A DNA stretch of 64,000 nt from an uncultured bacterium (GTDB lineage: Bacteria > Babelota > Babeliae > Babelales > Babelaceae). This document shows, one piece after another, positions 59,212-64,000 of this stretch (positions are counted from its first letter, which is position 1; each line of letters opens with the position of its first letter). The notes below the pieces were generated by a model that was not told the DNA's origin, made no database searches, and worked only from the letters and a program-made list of their open reading frames with translations. The position numbers were made by a program, and so were the translations under genes. The stretch covers positions 512,001 to 576,000 of the forward strand of contig OY970209.1 in the NCBI GenBank assembly GCA_963713855.1, in the 5' to 3' direction.

Positions 59212-59531
59212 TAACCGAGATGCTCTTCAATGCGAGCTTTAAGATCGTCCTTAGCGATATAGCCCATGTGGCGCCAGACCACTTTCTTGTTTTTTATAAA
59301 TACAATCGTCGGCACAGAGGTGACATTAAATTGTATAGCTAAATCACGGGCCTCATCAACATTAAGCTCAGCAAAAATGTATGCGTCGCCTAATTCGTGA
59401 GCTAAAGCCTGAAAATGTGGCTTTAAAAGCATGCACGGACCACACCAAGTTGCGAAAATATCGATGATAACGGGCTTTTTTGTTTGTTCTAAGACGTTGC
59501 TAGCGTTTTGGTTACTTAACGTTGTGAGCAT
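59211..59531 (-). CDS. trxA: Thioredoxin
   Basis: FATWCGPC, SVPT. Confidence 0.93.
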   Translation of the reverse strand: MLTTLSNQNASNVLEQTKKPVIIDIFATWCGPCMLLKPHFQALAHELGDAYIFAELNVDEARDLAIQFNVTSVPTIVFIKNKKVVWRHMGYIAKDDLKARIEEHLG

Positions 59532-59763
59532 AAGATCTTTACCTTAAAAATAGCTAATGATTAGGATACTGTGCAGTCTACCGTTGTCGATTTTAAAACG
59601 CAATAGATTGTGATGCGGGTCAGCATAGGAGCCGGTTATCAAACGGGGATTTGCGGCTTTTAGTAGATCGCAATTATGCAAAAAAGCCATATAACACATG
59701 CAAAACTCTTGCTATACTTAACTAGTCCTTCTTACACTGACACGTAACCCTTAAGGAGCATCT

Positions 59764-60456
59764 ATGTATCATGAAACTGTAGCAAGCCAAGAGCACGTAA
59801 AGAATCTTTTTTATCGCGTATATGCGTGGATGACTGGAGCGCTTTTAGTTACAGCAGCTACTTCTTATGCTGTTATAATGACGCCCAGCTTAGTCTATAC
59901 ATTATGGTCAAATACGTGGCTTATAGTTTCCCTAATAGCCGTTCAGCTTATTGTTGTTATAGTTTTTTCAAGCAAGCTGCCAACTCTGTCTTATAGAACA
60001 GCTTTGAGCCTTTTTCTTGCATACGTCATACTGAGTGGTGTGACGCTGTCGGCGGTTTTACTGGTTTACCCTATCATAACTATCCTTCGCGCCCTCATTG
60101 TTACAGGTGGCATGTTTGCCTCCGCGGCCGTTTATGGATATTTTACAGACACCGATCTTTCTAAGATGCGGTCTCTTCTTACGATGGCGCTCTTTGGGTT
60201 TATCATAGCTTTATTGGCAAATCTGTTTTTACAAAGTACGCTGTTTGATTTTATAATCTCCTGCGTTGGGGTAGTTCTTTTTACTGTCTTGACTGCTTTT
60301 GATGTTAATGCAATCAAGCGGTACGCAGATCAAATAGAAGAGGGTACTGAAGACTATAATAAGGTTGCCTTGCTAGGGGCTTTAAAGCTCTATCTCGATT
60401 TTGTTAACCTCTTTCTTAACATACTAAGGCTTATGGGCGGTGGCCGTAAAAAGTAG
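59764..60456 (+). CDS. Bax inhibitor-1/YccA family membrane protein
   Basis: VY.WM..AL, YGY.T..DLS, LF..LTAFD, AL.LYLDFVNLF. Confidence 0.93.
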   Translation: MYHETVASQEHVKNLFYRVYAWMTGALLVTAATSYAVIMTPSLVYTLWSNTWLIVSLIAVQLIVVIVFSSKLPTLSYRTALSLFLAYVILSGVTLSAVLLVYPIITILRALIVTGGMFASAAVYGYFTDTDLSKMRSLLTMALFGFIIALLANLFLQSTLFDFIISCVGVVLFTVLTAFDVNAIKRYADQIEEGTEDYNKVALLGALKLYLDFVNLFLNILRLMGGGRKK

Positions 60457-60479
60457 CGCATGAGGGACTGGAGGGGGTA

Positions 60480-62108
60480 ATGAACATTCGTAAGGTTGCA
60501 ATTTTATGGCTGGCGAGTTTGTATCTTCCCATAGCTTGTCAACCCGAGAAAGTTGCCACACGTAGAGACGGCCCAGAAAATGAAGAAGCGGTCATTAATT
60601 TAGTTGAAGAGGGCGTTCAATTTTTGCAAACTCATACGGTCGATGAGGTATGCGTTGACTTTACGTATAATCCCCGGTGGCGCGAACCGGACACAAAGCT
60701 TTTTCTTATAGACGAGCGCAATAGAATATGGTGTATCCGGGATGAACCCAACCTTATCTGGAAAATACTTGAACACAAAGCGACTCTGCTTTTGGGTAAT
60801 ATTCCATACGCGATGCGTGAACGTGGTGTTCAAGGGGGTTGGCTTTCATTTTTGTGGAATGAACAATTAGTACGTGTTTACGTTAAAAACGTGACAAAAG
60901 GTCGACGCACCTTTACTATGGGAGCCTTTCTGTTTTCTGAAGGGCCACGCCAGCAAGTGAAAGAGCTTGTTTTTACAGCAAGAAATCTCCTAAAACAAGT
61001 GGGGTTAAATACTGCTATTGAACGAATCAGTAGCCCAACGGGTCAATTTTTGCGCGGATCCTTCTCGGTCGCTCTTTACGATTACGATGGGATATGTTTG
61101 GCAAATTCTTACAATCTGACGTGCGTAGGATCTCGAGCACAAGATCGTATTGATGATTCGGGAAAGCAAGCTTTTGAAAAGTATGTACATGTAACAAAAT
61201 CAGCTCCTTACGGATGGGTTGACAGCGTCTATAACGGTATTCGTGAGCGAATGTTCGTTGCCCGTTTTACCTATCCAAATGCACCAGCGCATAGGTTTTA
61301 TATTCTTACCTCAGGCTATTACCCACAGGTAAACGATGAGTTTGTTGTTTCAATGACCCACGAAGCTAAAGCCGTTATGGAACGCGAAGGCGCTGAAAAA
61401 GCGTTTGCTATTTTTTCTCCTGTGACCGGTCACAACCCTTTTTATAAAGCTCGTTTATATTTAGTCGTCTATGATGAAAAAGGCGTAATAAAGGCACATA
61501 GTCGATTTCCTTCTTTAGTGGGGGTAAACGCTTATTACCAAAAGGGTCAAGCGGGTTATTTCTTAACCCAGAGAATCCTTAATGCCGTTTCTAAGAAAGA
61601 CCAAGGCTGGGCATTTATTTATATTAGAAATGCTGCAGAACTTGTTTATGTGCAGCGTGTTACATTACCTGAAGGAACCTTTATCGTAACGATACAAGGC
61701 TATTCGCCGCTTGATAAAGAGCACACGTCAGCGGCTATAGTTGAATGGCTATGCGGCAGATTGACTGTTGAGCAGCCATTATTACTGTTTCACTCACTAA
61801 ACCGTGGTGCTGCTGTATGGAATCTTGGCTTCAAGGGAACAGGCCAAGCCAATATTTACAGCGACCTTTTTATTGAGATTTATGATAAGCATGATTTTTG
61901 TGTGTCAGCTGGGGCGCAGGTACATAAGATGTGGAAGAAAATGGATGACGGCTTTAAGCACAGCCTGTCTAAACTAAAGCGTGCTTCAAAGCCCGAAGGC
62001 TGGTTTTACGATAAAGTCGGCGGTTTAACGCGTAGGTACTATATAAAAAATTGCGTATTAAGCTCCGGAGACTCGTATTCCATTTTTGTTGGATACGTCT
62101 GGCCTTAG
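60480..62108 (+). CDS. Exported protein with about four single-Cache-like repeats
   Basis: Repeated helix (V..A...L...G.E.A...F), G.F..G, YD..G...AH and GW..Y units; no C-terminal TM or output domain. Confidence 0.72.
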   Translation: MNIRKVAILWLASLYLPIACQPEKVATRRDGPENEEAVINLVEEGVQFLQTHTVDEVCVDFTYNPRWREPDTKLFLIDERNRIWCIRDEPNLIWKILEHKATLLLGNIPYAMRERGVQGGWLSFLWNEQLVRVYVKNVTKGRRTFTMGAFLFSEGPRQQVKELVFTARNLLKQVGLNTAIERISSPTGQFLRGSFSVALYDYDGICLANSYNLTCVGSRAQDRIDDSGKQAFEKYVHVTKSAPYGWVDSVYNGIRERMFVARFTYPNAPAHRFYILTSGYYPQVNDEFVVSMTHEAKAVMEREGAEKAFAIFSPVTGHNPFYKARLYLVVYDEKGVIKAHSRFPSLVGVNAYYQKGQAGYFLTQRILNAVSKKDQGWAFIYIRNAAELVYVQRVTLPEGTFIVTIQGYSPLDKEHTSAAIVEWLCGRLTVEQPLLLFHSLNRGAAVWNLGFKGTGQANIYSDLFIEIYDKHDFCVSAGAQVHKMWKKMDDGFKHSLSKLKRASKPEGWFYDKVGGLTRRYYIKNCVLSSGDSYSIFVGYVWP

Positions 62109-62128
62109 GAAAAAACGGGGGATATAGC

Positions 62129-63727
62129 ATGAGGTTTTATTACTTTTTTTTCATGAGCTTACTTCTGTTAAAGAATCTGTTTCTTTTTTGTCAGACTGAA
62201 GATTTGGATGCTATACATAAAATACAAAGAAATGCTGTAGTCCTTCTTGAAAAAGCTGTATCGTTTTTAAATCGTGAAGGGCTTGACGTTGCTTGTCAAG
62301 CTTTTGCTCTTGATCCTGCGTGGAAGCATAATTCCATTGCTCTCTTCATTTTCGGTGTTGATGGCCGAGTGTATGTTGATAATGGTTACTTTGATTGTTT
62401 CTGGAGAAATCTGGGAAAGAGAGTCGATTTTTTTGGCGATCCGCTTATTCCTACAATGATTGCGCAGGGCCAAAGTGGTGGTTGGGTCACTCATCTTTTT
62501 TTAAACGACATTCGGCACTCCTATGTCAAGCTTGTTACATTGGAGGGTAAAACGTATATTGTTGGAGCAACGTTTTTTCATCAATCTCCAGTGCTCCTTT
62601 CTATCTTGATAGTTGAAGCGATGAAGCGTTTGTGGGAGCGCGATGGCGATATAAGCGCTATCCAGCTTATAAATAACCCATTTGGATCACTTGTCTATGG
62701 CAATGCGTATGGCATTGTTATGAATACAGAAGGTGTTTGTTGGGCGCATGGAAATAACGTATTGCTTGTCGGAAGGAGCTTAACCGATCCGAGCATTGTG
62801 GGTAAATCGGCGTCGGTCGCTTTTAAAAAAGTAATAGAGACCATAAAGCATCAAGATCATTTTTGGGTTGAATTTGAAGAAAACGGCCTTACAAGGGCTC
62901 TCTATTGCAGAAAATTTATGTCAGGAAAGCTCAGAAAAACGTTTATATTCATGGCGGGCTATTATAAAAACTTTACCCCCGAGCTAGTAAAATCAGTGAC
63001 CCGAAAAATAGGTGATGGACTTAAAAACAGCAAAAATGTTCATGACTATTTAAATCGCTTAAGACGAGGTGATTTTACTCACTATTTAAAAGGAGATCTA
63101 GACATCCTTGTTACCGATGCTCACGATGTCGTTCATTATTTTAGCAATAAGGCCCGGGGTGCAGCTTTTCTAGGCAAATCAATCATCAATTACGTAGACA
63201 CTTTTAAAAGGCCTTATAACAAAATGTTGTTTGCAAAATTAATGCACTCGCCCGACGCCTGGGTGTCTCGTTTTTTGCATGGCAATGTTCTTGAACGGAT
63301 ATACGGTTATAAGGTGGAGACGCCCGAGGGTGCTTATATTGTCCAAGCCCGCGGATATTATCCTTATGAGCACCGTGAAGTTGTTCAAATTATAGTGGAT
63401 GATGCCCATGATTACCTTGAAGCGAGCGGTAGTCCGAAGGCGTTCGATGCTTTAAAAGATGTATACGGGTATTTCGTTAAAGGGACTCACTCTATTTTTC
63501 TTTATGATACACACGGTATCTGCTGGGTTTCTGGTATACGGGAGTCAAATATTTGGAGCAAGAGCGATTTCATGGCTTCGATTCCTGAAGGCTTTAGCGA
63601 TGAGAAAAAAAGAGACTCTATTCGTAGGTGGTTTGTTCGCAAAATGGTAAAGCAGTTTGGTACCAAGGAGTCCTTTGTGGTTGCCTCATACTATTATCCA
63701 GAACAAGGGGAAAAGAATGAGAAATAG
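62129..63727 (+). CDS. Exported multi-Cache protein, paralog 2
   Basis: Same repeat architecture (AC.AF..DP.W, GGWV, G.CWAHG, YD..GICW). Confidence 0.72.
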   Translation: MRFYYFFFMSLLLLKNLFLFCQTEDLDAIHKIQRNAVVLLEKAVSFLNREGLDVACQAFALDPAWKHNSIALFIFGVDGRVYVDNGYFDCFWRNLGKRVDFFGDPLIPTMIAQGQSGGWVTHLFLNDIRHSYVKLVTLEGKTYIVGATFFHQSPVLLSILIVEAMKRLWERDGDISAIQLINNPFGSLVYGNAYGIVMNTEGVCWAHGNNVLLVGRSLTDPSIVGKSASVAFKKVIETIKHQDHFWVEFEENGLTRALYCRKFMSGKLRKTFIFMAGYYKNFTPELVKSVTRKIGDGLKNSKNVHDYLNRLRRGDFTHYLKGDLDILVTDAHDVVHYFSNKARGAAFLGKSIINYVDTFKRPYNKMLFAKLMHSPDAWVSRFLHGNVLERIYGYKVETPEGAYIVQARGYYPYEHREVVQIIVDDAHDYLEASGSPKAFDALKDVYGYFVKGTHSIFLYDTHGICWVSGIRESNIWSKSDFMASIPEGFSDEKKRDSIRRWFVRKMVKQFGTKESFVVASYYYPEQGEKNEK

Positions 63728-64000
63728 TGTATATGCGTTGCTCATACTTTGCTTTTATGGTACGCAATGTCATGCTCAAAAAAGCCAGATGCTTAATATT
63801 AAGCGCAAAGAAAGCTACTCCCAGAGGATCTTACGTAAAGCTGCTGACTTTTTTGAAAGAAATTCTGTTAGCGATGCTTGCCATGCATTTACCTATGATC
63901 CTTCATGGCTCAAGGGCGAAATGTTTATTATCGTGCTTGATGAGGAGGGCATGTGCTACACCTTTGGCAGTGAAAAATCACGTATATGGGAAAATTTTGC
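63717..64000 (+). CDS. Exported multi-Cache protein, paralog 3 (runs off window)
   Basis: Manual translation MRNSVYALLILCFYGTQCHA...KAADFF...DACHAFTYDPSWLKGEMFIIVLDEEG. Confidence 0.7.
   Translation, partial: MRNSVYALLILCFYGTQCHAQKSQMLNIKRKESYSQRILRKAADFFERNSVSDACHAFTYDPSWLKGEMFIIVLDEEGMCYTFGSEKSRIWENF

Overview
Bacterial chromosomal window. Gene content (ankyrin protein, many signal-peptide orphans, type II secretion pseudopilins, split ATP synthase operon, deoxynucleoside kinase) suggests a host-associated lineage such as Candidatus Babeliae (TM6/Dependentiae); this assignment is inference. In order, it holds: gspF-G-H-I-J-K plus an MCE gene; an accessory stretch (DsrE/isochorismatase pair, truncated VapC, secreted beta-propeller, a ligase-only LigD divergent from umuD-umuC-ku, secreted GNAT, decayed AAA ATPase, large beta-helix surface protein, ankyrin protein); housekeeping genes (alr, recO-like, large MscS, recD2, dNK, atpE-F'-F-H-A); tRNA-Arg(TCT) followed by an island with three paralogous secreted HExxH peptidases, a Fic protein and a tnpA-less TnpB element; then rpe, groES/groEL, ftsL-like/ftsI, bamA, cysS, trxA and three tandem stand-alone multi-Cache proteins. 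The most striking non-coding signal is two diverged copies (49472-49825, 58892-59211) of a 320-354 bp element with terminal inverted repeats and many hairpins showing compensatory base changes. Several single-base deletions (atpA, tnpB, one peptidase) look like possible assembly errors.
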